Assembly (NCBI GenBank): GCA_000934665.2
Contig: KZ538168.1
Coordinates: 62,001 to 109,149 of the forward strand
Origin: Catajapyx aquilonaris
Taxonomy: Eukaryota
Direction: 5' to 3'
DNA: 47,149 nt
Part shown: piece after piece, positions 35,801 to 46,967 of the stretch
Layout of the letters: every line of letters starts with the position of its first letter
Numbering within the stretch: the stretch's first letter is position 1
The notes under the pieces: generated by a model
What the model was told of the DNA's origin: nothing
The model's database searches: none
What the model saw: only the letters and a program-made list of their open reading frames with translations
Position numbers and translations under genes: made by a program

Positions 35801-37241
35801 AACCAACCGTACCTCATTCGTTGGTGTTCAAGCTATTGCAAGTAAAAGTTGCACTTGTGCACCAGTGGTAGACTTTCAGCCAAATCCTTGTTTGCCAAAT
35901 CCATGCTTTAATGGATTTCCGTGTCGTTCTGTGAAAGGAATTGCCCAATGTGAATGTGAACCTGGCTATGAAGGTGACCGTTGTGAACAGCTTTCAGTAA
36001 CTCTTGATGGATCTGGTTGGGCATGGTATCCAGCACCACCCTCGTATTGTGCCAATGGTTCAATATCAGTGTCCCTCATGACTAAACAATCATCCGGTTT
36101 GTTAATGTACTGGGGCCCCTTGCAATTCAAGAGTGCAGCACAACGGTCAGATTTCATATCCTTAGAAATGAATGATGGTGCAGTGCGTCTCTTGGTTCAC
36201 ACTACTTCAGCCTTGGGTACAACACCAGTACATGATGTGACGCTCAAGCAAGATCCAAAAAATCCATTGTACGATGGGACATCACACACAATTGTTGCTA
36301 AGTGGCAACCTGGAACTGCATCATTGGATTTGGAATCATGCAGAAGTCAAGACCTCAGCTCATGTCATGCAGCGACCCATTGGCCCATGGAGGAGTCTTG
36401 GATGGTGCAAGCAGATGGCCCAGTTCAAGTGGGTGGTGCGTCAATGTCACTGTCAACTCTTGCAAAACAAATGCGATGGTCTCGAGTTCCAACTGACACT
36501 GCATGGGCTGGATGTGTGTCAAACCTCACTTGGCATGCCAATGGAACTCGCATACGTCAGTACCATCTTGGAGCACCAGGATTGTCACAAGGCGCAACAT
36601 CAGGTTGCCAGCTGCTTCCAGTACCACAGGCTGCCACACTCACAGTTGCTAATGGTTTCATTGTGGCAATATTAGTGTGTGTCATACTGTTGGTGGTGCT
36701 CATTCTAGCATTTGTCATGTACCGTCGACGTCACATTGATGAACGCACTAAGGATGGTGCAGACGATGTTCGTGAAACAATTATGGACTATGCTGATGAG
36801 GGTTATGGGGAAGGTGATCACTGCGGATTTGACCTCAGTGTGTTACGGTTAGCACCAGATGGTCGCTTAATCTCACCATACCCAGCAAAGGAGCCTTTGC
36901 AAAAGGAGCGAGATCGAGAAGCTAGCCCTGATATTGATGCCTTTTTGGCCGAGAGCAAAAATCGCGCCGATGATGATCCAAGTGGGGGACCAACTGATGA
37001 TGTGCGGCATTATGCATATGAAGGTGATGGTGCTTCCACTGGCTCACTATCATCTCTTGCATCTGGGACTGATGATGGTGACCTCGACTTTGACTACTTG
37101 TCATTGTTTGGGCCTCGCTTCAAGAAGCTGGCAGATATGTACGGGGAGCATTCTAGTGACGAAGATGACATGGATGATGATGCACCTGTGCCTCCGACGC
37201 ATGACAGCACTGGTCCTCCTGGCTCCGAGTCTTGGTGCTAG
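26830..37241 (+). CDS. shg: Type IV classical cadherin (DE-cadherin/Shotgun-like), about 1556 aa; exons 26830-26905, 28542-28885, 29341-29496, 29565-29959, 30688-31361, 32865-32986, 34241-34522, 34620-37241
   Basis: Domain order: signal peptide, RVKR furin-like site, 7 canonical cadherin repeats colinear with DE-cadherin plus the following EC-like/NC region (cleavage motif VRFSAHG/SP), one EGF, one laminin-G, a TM segment, and a catenin-binding tail (DDVRHYAYEGDG...SLSSL...FGPRFKKLADMYG). All intron phases are consistent. AATAAA near 37556. Confidence 0.95.
27239..27455. mobile_element. Tigger-like MITE spanning an N gap
   Basis: TA-CACTGTA(CGTA)CTCCCCATTATCCG ... TGGATAATCGGGAGTACAGTG-TA. 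Confidence 0.65.
28901..29055. mobile_element. piggyBac-like hairpin MITE
   Basis: TTAA-CCCTGTAATGCCC ... GGGCATTACAGGG-TTAA; long internal inverted arms and a partial duplication of the right TIR. Confidence 0.85.
31910..32248. mobile_element. Partial mariner-like element (one end)
   Basis: Ends in GGAAGACCCTG-TA; internal short inverted repeat CCTCCGATT / AATCGGAGG. The left end was not found. Confidence 0.4.
33021..34182. mobile_element. Foldback-type DNA element with about 370-bp imperfect terminal inverted arms and TA TSD, carrying a nested retroposon tail
   Basis: TA-CTTGCCCAAACTCATAAT ... ATTATGAGCTTGGGCAAG-TA. The arms are colinear throughout, e.g. a perfect 29-bp match between 33302-33330 and 33638-33666. 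Confidence 0.85.
33899..34116 (+). mobile_element. Retroposon 3' fragment with (TGAA)n tail inserted in the foldback right arm
   Basis: Absent from the left arm; ends in TGAATGAATGAATGAATGAAAAAA; flanked by ATCTTATTT / ATCTTGTTT. Confidence 0.6.
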
Positions 37242-38731
37242 CGACTGACTGTGTTATGATCAGTGCCAACCCCCACCCACCAAAGAGAGTTGGTTTTTCA
37301 CTGCCAGTTCTGTGACCAACTAGACGTCTTCCATTTATTGGCAGCTACACCTTTTTCTGAATGTGTGCAAGTGTATATGGAACAGTATTGAAAGAGACTG
37401 CGTGAGGAAAAAAATATATGTGTGCTTAAGTGCCTGTGTGAAGGACAGTTATTTAGTGCTCGATCAGAGACGTGCAATTTGATCTCGAACAACGAATTCA
37501 TTCTCATGAGTTTTTTTTTTTTACTCCACTGCATTCTTTTGTTACCAATTAATCAAATAAAGTGCCTCGTTTTTAATCAGTGTTTTTGTGCATTGCTTTG
37601 CATTTCAGGTGGTTCGTATGTGGGTGCCAGGCAAGTTGCAGAAGTGCTCGTTCCTTGGGGATTTCTACTTTTAAAAATCGTGGCTGCGTATAAGTTAGTT
37701 ATGAGTTCTTTTTGGTATACCTGTCCTCTGTCCTATTGAGTGTCTAACCATCAAATACAAACAGGCCAGAAATTCAGCACCATGTACTACCAGGCACAGA
37801 CTGGCAAAGGTTGTGGTTCAGGTACGGTTTGGGGGTATTTTTCTGGCTCTGAAGTAGGTTCAATATATTTTGGAATATTTGGAATGGCTTCCAAAAATTG
37901 CACTGACATCTTAGGAGAGCATTTTCTAAAGAAACGTGCCCGTTGGATGGACATTCCGACAGGATCATGATCCAAAGCTTAAATTAAAGTTCACTTTGCA
38001 TTGGCTTAACAACTGTAGAGTAACTGGCATATCTTGCCCCTCTCAATCTCCTCACATCCTACTGAACATTTGTAACGGGGTAGAAAAGTTAGTGGCAAAA
38101 AAGCAATGAATACGACAGTATTCTGCCTTCAGGAAGAGGCATGGCAGAGTGTAGATCATACCATATTGACAAACTTAATGAATATGTGCACAGAATATGC
38201 TCAGCTTGATCGAAATATGACAATACCACAGAATTTATTTTTGACTCATTATTGCATAGGCAATAGTAAGGATTTGTTTAAAAAATTCTGCAATGATTTC
38301 TTCTGTGGTAAATAATTCATGTGCATATTGCAAGCTTCCTGGCTGTATTATATTCCACATAATTTACGTAGTCGACACAGGCAAAGACTAAGATACTAAT
38401 TATGACCACACAAACCTGAGCAGGAAAATCATCAACAAAAATATTATCAGTAAAATATTTATTTTTACACAACTTTTGACTTATTGCACGCATTTTACTT
38501 GACTGCATTCTTTTTTTTCTCTCAGGATACATCCACAACCCATGATGCAACAAATAAGATTAATTATGATGACTTGGACGATTGCGAATCGATTACTAAG
38601 TTAGATCGTGTAAAATAAACGTTATTTTAATGATTTAGTTAAGTTAAATATGAATCATCACCTTTTCTAACTCCATGAAAATAGTAGACCTACAGTTTCC
38701 ATTTGGAGCAGGGAACCTTCATCAGTATGAT

Positions 38732-39505
38732 CAGCGCCGGATTTACCCCCCCGGCCGCCCTTAGGCACTTGGGATACGGCCGCCCCCCCCCNCAAATTTT
38801 TTTATTGTGTTCTCTCCTTCATTTAATGCAGCGTTTCTCAAACTTTGCCACATCGGGTCCCCCGAGAAAGTAATTTCAGATTTCGCCCCCTCCCCCTCCC
38901 CCCCAAACCAAATACGCCCGCTGCAGGCGAAATTTTTTTTTGGTCAAGGTCACACAATCTTAGGTGAATGTAATAACTGACAAAGTACAGCGGAATCCTC
39001 CTATATTGTAAGCACATCGGATATAAGCAAATAGAAAGATCGGTCCCTTCATATTTCCAGCAGTGCCAATGTCCAAGCACAGTTGAATCCGGACATAACA
39101 GACCTGTCTGCTATTATCTGACTGTACAAATCCTTATTCAGAACTGCACATTTGGCTTTTAGAACTGCACAAATTGTGTAGAACTGTACGCTACAGTAAG
39201 CCCTGAGAAGNCCCCCTGCCACCCCTTTGCGCGCCCCCCTGGAGGGGGGGGCGCCCCACAGTTTGAGAACCGAAAATATTATATTGAAAGTAATGGCCGC
39301 CCGGAGGGCGGCCGCCCTTTGGCAATTACCTTTTCTGCATGTAGTGGCAATTCAAGCTGTCAACAATTTGCTTTTCTTTGTGATCTCGCCATCATTTCTT
39401 ATTATTGTATTTGAGAAATATTATTTATTGCAACTCGCGGCCGCCCCTACAGGTCGGCCGCCCCTAGGCCAGTGCCTATTGTGCCTAATGGGAAATCCGC
39501 CACTG
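38732..39505. mobile_element. Composite non-autonomous DNA transposon with a nested hAT-like element
   Basis: Outer ends CAGCGCCGGATTTACC / GGAAATCCGCCACTG, with repeated GGCCGCCC motifs. Inner ends CAGCGTTTCTCAAACT (38829) and AGTTTGAGAACC (about 39260). Two Ns lie inside. Confidence 0.7.
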
Positions 39506-40001
39506 CTGATATGCTGTGAAAAAATCTTTTGGTCCCAGTGGCAAGGTGGGAATTTTTCTGTCTGCATTTTTGTCAGATGCATTGGAACCTGACCATTCAG
39601 TAATAGTCAGCATTTTTAAAGCCATCAGTATTGAAAGTTATGGGTGTAGCAGAATTTTAGTGTTCAAAATTTAACTTGTACATCTACTTATCATACACTG
39701 TAGCTTTGGAAATTTTCATGTGAGCAGGCCTTATACAAAATCACATGTTGAGCCATAATGAGCAAATTGCGAACCTTAGGGGCATGAAGTAGTGAATAAT
39801 ACTGTGCCTGAAGGTTAGTGAATAGGAATGGGCTCAAATATTTTTCTTGACTTGCACTGTTATAATGGGGTAGGTCATTATGGGAATTTTTTGAGGTACT
39901 GACAATGAGTGATTCTGCTATTGCAGGTTTCATGGTACAGTACTGATAATGGAACATTAAGGCTGCACTACTTGTGAATTATTATGTTAAATCTTAGTTA
40001 C

Positions 40002-42197
40002 CTTGCTGCCCCTCGATACTTGTTGAACTCCTCAGGCAGGTAAGAAATGACACTTGTAAGTGTCTGCAATCCTGCCCTCATCAGGTAGGCTCTTTGTGAA
40101 GGAGACCAGCAGAGGTTCAGGAAATTTCTCTTTTTAAGGTGTGTCCGGAGTTTCCTCTCAGCCTTGGCTTTCACATGCATGGGTATCATTTTCCCGCAAC
40201 CCTCTGGCCACAATGTCCTCTGCGTCATGAAATCACAGTTTCCTACAGTGCTCACCAACGTTAACAAAAAGTTCATCAGGTAGCTCTCTTCCCAAACTTT
40301 CGTCCCGGATCCCACTGTCACCATATTTTCCAAGATATCCATCACAATGACCACCAGCTCTATGTTTTCATTGGTGGGCTCAGGAAGCATCTTTGTTTTT
40401 TTGATAGGAGGTGGCTCGGTATATAGAGGGGGTATTACCCCAGGATGAGGATTTGGTGGAGGCTTCAGCAAATATGTGCTACTGAGTGCTGTCAGAATAT
40501 CCCCAGAAAATAGTTGCGCCAATTCTATAAAAAAATACATTTAAATTTTAGCAACTAGAATCCTAAAATTAATAGAGTAAAAGGCTTTTAACCATACAAA
40601 AAGGACAAGTGATGTGTCAGGCCTACTGAAAAAAATAAACTTCTGTGCATTTCAATATGGGCATTTGGGCCTTACAACTTGACAGAAACACAAACTAATG
40701 TGAAGATATGCCTTTTTCCCGCACACAGTACTTATTAATAATTTATTATTTGACCTAGATGCACCAAAATTAAGAAGACCATGAAGTCGTGAATTATTCC
40801 AACAATTCCAAAGTTTGGTCAATGAACTATCAGAAAAATTTGAGTTAGATGAGGAAAACAGTAATTGGATTGCAAGAAACAAGGCACCATGATGTCATAA
40901 ATCATTTCTAATGGTCTAACCCAGTCCTAGGCCGACTTGTACAATAACCAGCTCTGGGAAGAGTTTTATCAGCAGTAGGATTATGGTGGCCAAGTCATTG
41001 CGTAACTCATCATCAGATGTCTTCTTCTCCTTGCGCAGAAAGTACAAAAAGCAATAACCCAGTGTGCTGCCAACAGAGATGTAAGAGTTACTGAAAAAAA
41101 TATGAAGGGTTCCAGCAGGAATGCCCAGGACTTTAGCTGCCTACCTCACGCTTTTCTCAGATGGGTTCAGGCGGATCATGTCACTATGTTCCAAGGACTT
41201 GGTTGAAGTCAGAAGTAAAAATAAAGCATGTAGAGATGGTTCCAGCAGCTCACTCTCAGGATAAATCAAGTTTCTAAGCAGAATGTCAACACCGCCTTTC
41301 AATAGCATCTGGTGAGCTAAATGGAGAAGTGGGGAACATTACAAGTATTAAAATATGAGCATATTTAGCTTCATGTGAAGAATATTTTTGCAACAAATAA
41401 CTTAATTTGACCCCAAAAAATTAGCCCTTTTCAGTCTCACTGACTCATGTGTAAATGTACCCCCGACTTAGGAAAATGAAACAAAATAAAATGCACTTAA
41501 TTTTTAGATGGGAATATTTTCATTTTACAAGTACTTTACCAATCAATTTGGACCCTGTCATCATAATCCTCAGAAGAAGAAGCATCTGCTGCGTGATGCA
41601 GAACATCTCAGAAAACTGAATAATCTCAAGTACCGTTGATGGAAGGTTACTGGCCTTCAAGCATTTTATCAGTAAATCCGCTGCCACAGGTTCTGCCTTG
41701 TTTTCACAGGTAATTTTTATAACTGCAGAACGAAAGTCAAGCAGTTTTAATATGGTCTCGTAGGCTAAAGTATGAACCTGGTAACTCTCTGCCATAAGGT
41801 AAGATCCTACGCAAGAGAGAAGATCAGAAAAGTCATTTAGACGTAAGGCAAACTCTGTGACAGTGTGAACACGCAGTGGCTGTTGTAAGCGGAGAAAGTA
41901 CTGCATAGAGACGGATTTATATCGGGCATCCTTTTCAGCCAACTGCATAAGTGTGTTGAGGATGCAAAGAATAGAGGTACACTCTTTCATAGGTATTCCA
42001 TCTTCAGTAAGAGCCAAATACTTTTCCAAGAGGTATATATGGCGGTTGACTAATGTGTCACACAATGGGGGGCTGGATGAAAGAATCAATCTGTATGCCT
42101 TCGTTAAAAAGTCAATCCTTGCTGGTTCTAATTTAGATACATTTGCTCCTTTTTCAGTGTAAATTCCACTGCGAACTTTTTTGTCAACACCTGCCAT
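40002..42197 (-). CDS. CFAP69: Cilia- and flagella-associated protein 69-like (ARM-repeat), N-terminal about 500 aa; exons 42197-41540, 41316-41145, 41066 (or 41090)-40921, 40524-40002; 3' end unresolved
   Basis: Phase-consistent exons. The segments LVNRHIYLLEKYLALTEDGIPMKECTSILCILN, DDELRNDLATIILLL and WSPSQRAYLMRAGLQTLTSVISYLPEEFNKYRGAAR align in order with recalled CFAP69 motifs (GLPLRDLAQIFKILN, QLRNDILVI, WSAAQHEELQLHAIATLSSVAP...GNAR). Confidence 0.75.
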
Positions 42198-43557
42198 GTG
42201 CTTGTCTGGTAATCTTGGGAGATTTCCTCAAGTATGAATTGTATGTTGATTCATTGGGCGTGCTCTTCACAGGGGGTAACTGATGAAGCTTTGAGTTAGA
42301 ATCTGCAAAATAATTACCCACATTAAAATGATAATGAATAAAATGATATAGGACTTCAAAAACTATTTTAGTATTTCTGAAAATGAGGCTTTTCACATGT
42401 TTTATAAATTAGTTTTCCTTTTCATAAACTTCCAGATTTTGATCATGTCACATTTGAACTTTTTCTTACATTACTTTCTGATGTTTACTCTGCAGCTGCT
42501 TCGAGAACAGAGAGGTAATAAATAATATTGACTTGAATACGTGGATTAATATTTCTAATGTTAAGTTGTATCTGGTTTTATACTGGAAAATCAACATCTG
42601 TGAAACCACACAAAGATGAAAATATTGCAATGAAAGAAACATACGTATTTATCATTCTTATTACAGCACTACAGGGGATGTTTTACAAAGCCCACTTATC
42701 TACATGAACATTTCCTGACACTTCTCACCTGACTGTGCTGCAGGGATGTATATTAGATGTGGACGCCATTGCTCAGTGTATCATTGTAGACTACAACTGA
42801 AGTTGGGATCCACAGAGCCTCCTTATTAGACCTAGTGGCATGAACATGAAGATCATTTTTATAGTACAGTATAAGTATATAAATGTGCATAGTTTAGCCA
42901 GTTGTAATAATCCTTCTACCTAATACCTATAACAGAAATAAAAGTATTGGGTAAATTCACGGTGAGCCCATAAAGTTAGCTGCACTACCCTACCATTGCT
43001 ACCAGCAACCATCCAGAGAAGGTGCAGTTTTAGTTGCCATCTGAATTGTGCATAGCAAAAATATTATTTGACAACTGCATAAAATAGGGCCCACCACCTG
43101 CAATCACTCTGCACCTATGGCACATTCAAGTTGAGAGAGACCCCACACTTACTGGTTTACAATATAACCCGATATAACCACATCATCTTATGAATAATAA
43201 TCATAACCAGTAATACAGTTGCTAACTCCAAAGTTACCTTAACTTTGTACTGATCTATTGGATCATGTTCCATTTATAAATTAATGGATACATTACACAT
43301 GATAATAATGCACTTTGTCTTCTATGCACTTGCCTTATTTTGTTTCCAGGTGCAAGAGAACATTATTCTCCTTGTTTTCACCTGATAAGATTGTGCATGG
43401 GCTGTATTTTCACTTGCTTTGGTCCTGGAGGAAGCAGCTAAAATAATGTGCGTCAGTTACGAAAAATACATATAATTATAATAATGTAAACATTCTCAGA
43501 AACAAAATGCCAACATAAGTTGGTTTTCAGTCATATGAATGATCTGTAACACATGAT

Positions 43558-43623
43558 CAAAGAGCTTAATACTAAATTGATCTCTTTAAGCTCTTTAATT
43601 AATTAATTTAATTAAGCTCTTTG
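43558..43623. mobile_element. 66-bp miniature element, 13-bp TIR, 8-bp TSD (P- or hAT-like)
   Basis: CACATGAT-CAAAGAGCTTAAT ... ATTAAGCTCTTTG-CACATGAT. Confidence 0.8.
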
Positions 43624-43680
43624 CACATGATAATCTATTCTTTAACAGGCCACCTTTTCAGCCAAGGAGGAAGAGGAAAT

Positions 43681-43904
43681 GAAGACCTCAGGGGCATAAA
43701 AATGAGTTACAATATGTCTCAGAAGAGTGTAGAATATAATGGTTTGGTCGTGGTTGTGGAGCAATGACCATAGGTGACTATGGAAGGCCCAGAAAGTGGG
43801 ATTTACAATAGAACCTTATGGGCCTTCGAAAATTGCAATATCTCAGACTTCTCAGTTTCACATGACGAAGTGTGGACCTTGATCATACTTCCCCTGAGGT
43901 CTTC
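43681..43904. mobile_element. MITE with 14-bp TIR and 4-bp AAAT TSD (Sola-like)
   Basis: AAAT-GAAGACCTCAGGGG ... CCCCTGAGGTCTTC-AAAT. Confidence 0.65.
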
Positions 43905-44090
43905 AAATAGAATAACAAAATGTAATTATGAAGTTTAACTTTTGGTATGTAGCCTATGCCATGACTTTCAGCAATATGAACAATGAAACTCAAAATATTA
44001 TCAAGGCAATTGACAAGATGGCTAAAATTCATAGATTATGCACTGTGCACTGTTCCAGTACTGTATTGAATTCTTTTGCTACCGACATCA

Positions 44091-44453
44091 GGGGCCGTCC
44101 ATAATCCGCGCGGACAGGTTTTTTCACTTTTTTACCTCCCCCCCTCCCCTTTGCGGACAGAAGCGGACAATTTCTTACCTCCCCCCCTAAAAATTGCGCG
44201 GACATGGCCTCCTTGACCCCCCNTGGTTTTTTTTAATTTTTTGATATCTACACACAAATTCCTTTTTTCAGAGGCATTACGGTATATTTGAGAGGTCTGA
44301 CTAAAAAAACGGCCGAGTCCTTAATATTCATTTGACGTTTATTGTCCGCGCGTACAACTGACTTCTACCCCCACCCCCCTGTACGGACAAAAGCGGACAA
44401 AGTGCAACCCCCCTCCCCCCCTTCACTTGTCCGCGCGGATTATGGACGGCCCC
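44091..44453. mobile_element. PIF/Harbinger-like MITE (young)
   Basis: Perfect 26-bp TIR GGGGCCGTCCATAATCCGCGCGGACA; 3-bp TSD TCA on both sides; internal GCGGACA repeats. Confidence 0.92.
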
Positions 44454-44857
44454 TCAGGACCAATGTTCCAGTAACAGCCCTGTATGACACAGAAGTTTGT
44501 TGTCACTTTGTAGTTATCAATATGGTTTTTTTGGAGAATAATACAGATAAGTCTTCACCTACAGCTGGTAATATTAAACAAAATTATATAACTTACTATA
44601 GCAGACTATGCATATTCCAATCATATTGCTGTTATCCTTGAAACTGAAACTTGTTCAGCACTAACAACAACGGTGATATCATTTGACCTTAAAACAAAGT
44701 CTAGAGTCTAGATCATGAAATGGTAGATAAAGTTGCATCAATTGCATTGTTCAAGAAGTTGAGCAATGACCATGAGTTATTTTATCGTTTATAATTTTTA
44801 CTATTATTGGTCACATGCAGTTGATCACCCTTCTGCATCAGTTCAGGTGGAACATAT

Positions 44858-45345
44858 TTCAGTTTTATCAACATGCTCCAGAATTGAGGTCCAGCCCTTG
44901 AAATGATCTCCACTAGTTGTTGATCACCTAAAAAAATTTAATCAGGCAAGAGCCTATAATTATATAGTGACCATTATACTGAATTTCAGTTCTTATTCGA
45001 CAGTATTATTCTGAACCTTACAGAGCCAAAAGGAATTTTGGTGTTTCAGATAGGTTACTTCAAAATTTCACGACAAAAATATCTTTAAAAAGTATTTGAA
45101 ATTCAGTTTTATCAACATGCTCCAGAATTGAGGTCCAGCCCTTGAAATGATCTCCACTAGTTGTTGATCACCTAAAAAAATTTAATCAGGCAAGAGCCTA
45201 TAATTATATAGTGACCATTATACTGAATTTCAGTTCTTATTCGACAGTATTATTCTGAACCTTACAGAGCCAAAAGGAATTTTGGTGTTTCAGATAGGTT
45301 ACTTCAAAATTTCACGACAAAAATATCTTTAAAAAGTATTTGAAA
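44858..45345. repeat. Exact 244-bp tandem duplication (44858-45101, 45102-45345)
   Basis: Two head-to-tail copies with no difference detected by eye. Confidence 0.92.
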
Positions 45346-45726
45346 GTTTAACTTGAACGGGTGAAAAGATTTGTTGTGATGCAAATCCCCAAACAGAATA
45401 TAACCTTGACTTATTGACAGTAAAAGAACATGGGGATGATTGGCCTCCCTGGTAGTGGATAAGTCACCTAAGAATGTATTGGATGTGTGAACCACTTTCT
45501 TTTGTATCTTCTTCAATGCCATGTTTCAGAGCTGCAGTAAAAGGGAGAAAATACTATTAAGGCAGGTCAAAGTAGATTAAAATGTCAGACATTTATAATA
45601 ATGCATGGAAAATAATTGTGTTCACTGGGTAATGCCAAGCATTAATATTATTAAGGTATAATATTACAGATTAATTAAAAATAGCAGTGTGTGATTTTGC
45701 TTCATACACAGTACACTGGTACCAGT

Positions 45727-46071
45727 GGGGGAGGTGTGGTGGCCGAGATGGTAACGTTTCGGTTTGCTGAATGAAAGGTTCCAGGTTCAATCCCCGCCTC
45801 GGAGTTTGCTTTCACCTGCGTCGGGACGGTCTCTGACCCGCACCTTGGAGGTGTCTAGCAACCTCTCCTGGGGGACTGCACATGGCCAAATTTGAGACAA
45901 TGCACTTGCACCATTGTCCCCTCCCCAAGAATCCCTATCCTTACCCTATGTCCTTGATTCCTTGCACCAGAGAATGAAGTAAACACACTCTAGAAAACTG
46001 ATGGTGGTTCCCCACCCCCCTATAAGGACTCAGCCTTATCATGGGGGGAAGTAAAAAGAAAAAAGAAAAGA
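45727..46071 (+). mobile_element. tRNA-derived SINE, full length, A-rich tail, 13-bp TSD
   Basis: A box TGGCCGAGATGG, B box GGTTCAATCCC, tail AAAAAGAAAAAAGAAAAGA; TSD AGTACACTGGTAC at 45710-45722 and 46072-46084. Confidence 0.85.
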
Positions 46072-46633
46072 AGTACACTGGTACTGTACCAGTATATCTT
46101 TATAAAATGCTGTACAAGTTCCAATTCTTTGAAATGATCCTCTTCGTTCAAGGCGGTTCCAGGAATCAAAATATAACTTCAGGAGAAACGTTTTAAATGA
46201 CATCTCAGCACATTATTCCCATTTACCTGCACATAAAATGTAGGTGATGCAATCATTTCACAGGGGTGTAGGTTTGGCAGCAAGACTCTCTAATACTATA
46301 TAGACTTATTACAAAATCTAGTATACTACGGTTAAAAATAAATAAATTGGCATGGTGTTTGTGGCCAGTAATAGTTAATATTCTGTGCAATCATGTGAGT
46401 TCATTGTGTTTTGTAAAGAAAGTCTTGAAAAAAACTGCTGAAATAATAAGTTATAACTTACTAATATTTTTCAAGAAAAAAATAATACTCCTTACATATT
46501 GTTGCAATAGTTGTTCCACATTGACTTCCATCACACCCCAAGGCTTTATATGATTTGTTCATGCTATATAATTATGTGGTTATGGTCTTTTATAGCTCCC
46601 TAAAAAAATGGTACTGTATGTTCATGTGGACAG

Positions 46634-46915
46634 TATGGTGGTGTAGTGGCTAATGTCATCTCCTTGTGTCCGTGAGATTCTGTATTCGATCCCTGGGTTA
46701 AACAAATTAATTTCTCATAATGTGAAAGTAGTTTTGAGAAGTTATCCTTGTGTCATGTGTCTGTATGTGGGGATCTAGTCAGAGTTTTACCATTTCTTCC
46801 CCCAACTCAAAATATCTCTCCCCTTAGAGCGTCTTTTACAATTTGAGATCGCTTCCTTTCCTGATCCTTTCTTTTTTGGTCATAATTACTGTGGTGTGGT
46901 GGCTGTAAGGCTCTT
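46634..46915 (+). mobile_element. Degraded tRNA-derived SINE
   Basis: A box TGGTGTAGTGG and degenerate B box TATTCGATCCC; boundaries uncertain. Confidence 0.4.
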
Positions 46916-46967
46916 CACACCCATAATTCCTGCTCGTAACAGTAAAAATTTATTATAGTAGCCTATA

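Noticed and set aside
38680..38727. Hammerhead-ribozyme-like CTGATGA...GAAA on the minus strand
   Set aside because: Stem II cannot close immediately before GAAA, and no convincing stems I/III were found.
45727..45805. tRNA-like sequences here and at about 1440-1516 and 13385-13464
   Set aside because: No proper acceptor stems. They continue into SINE bodies, two with TSDs, so they are SINE heads, not tRNA genes.
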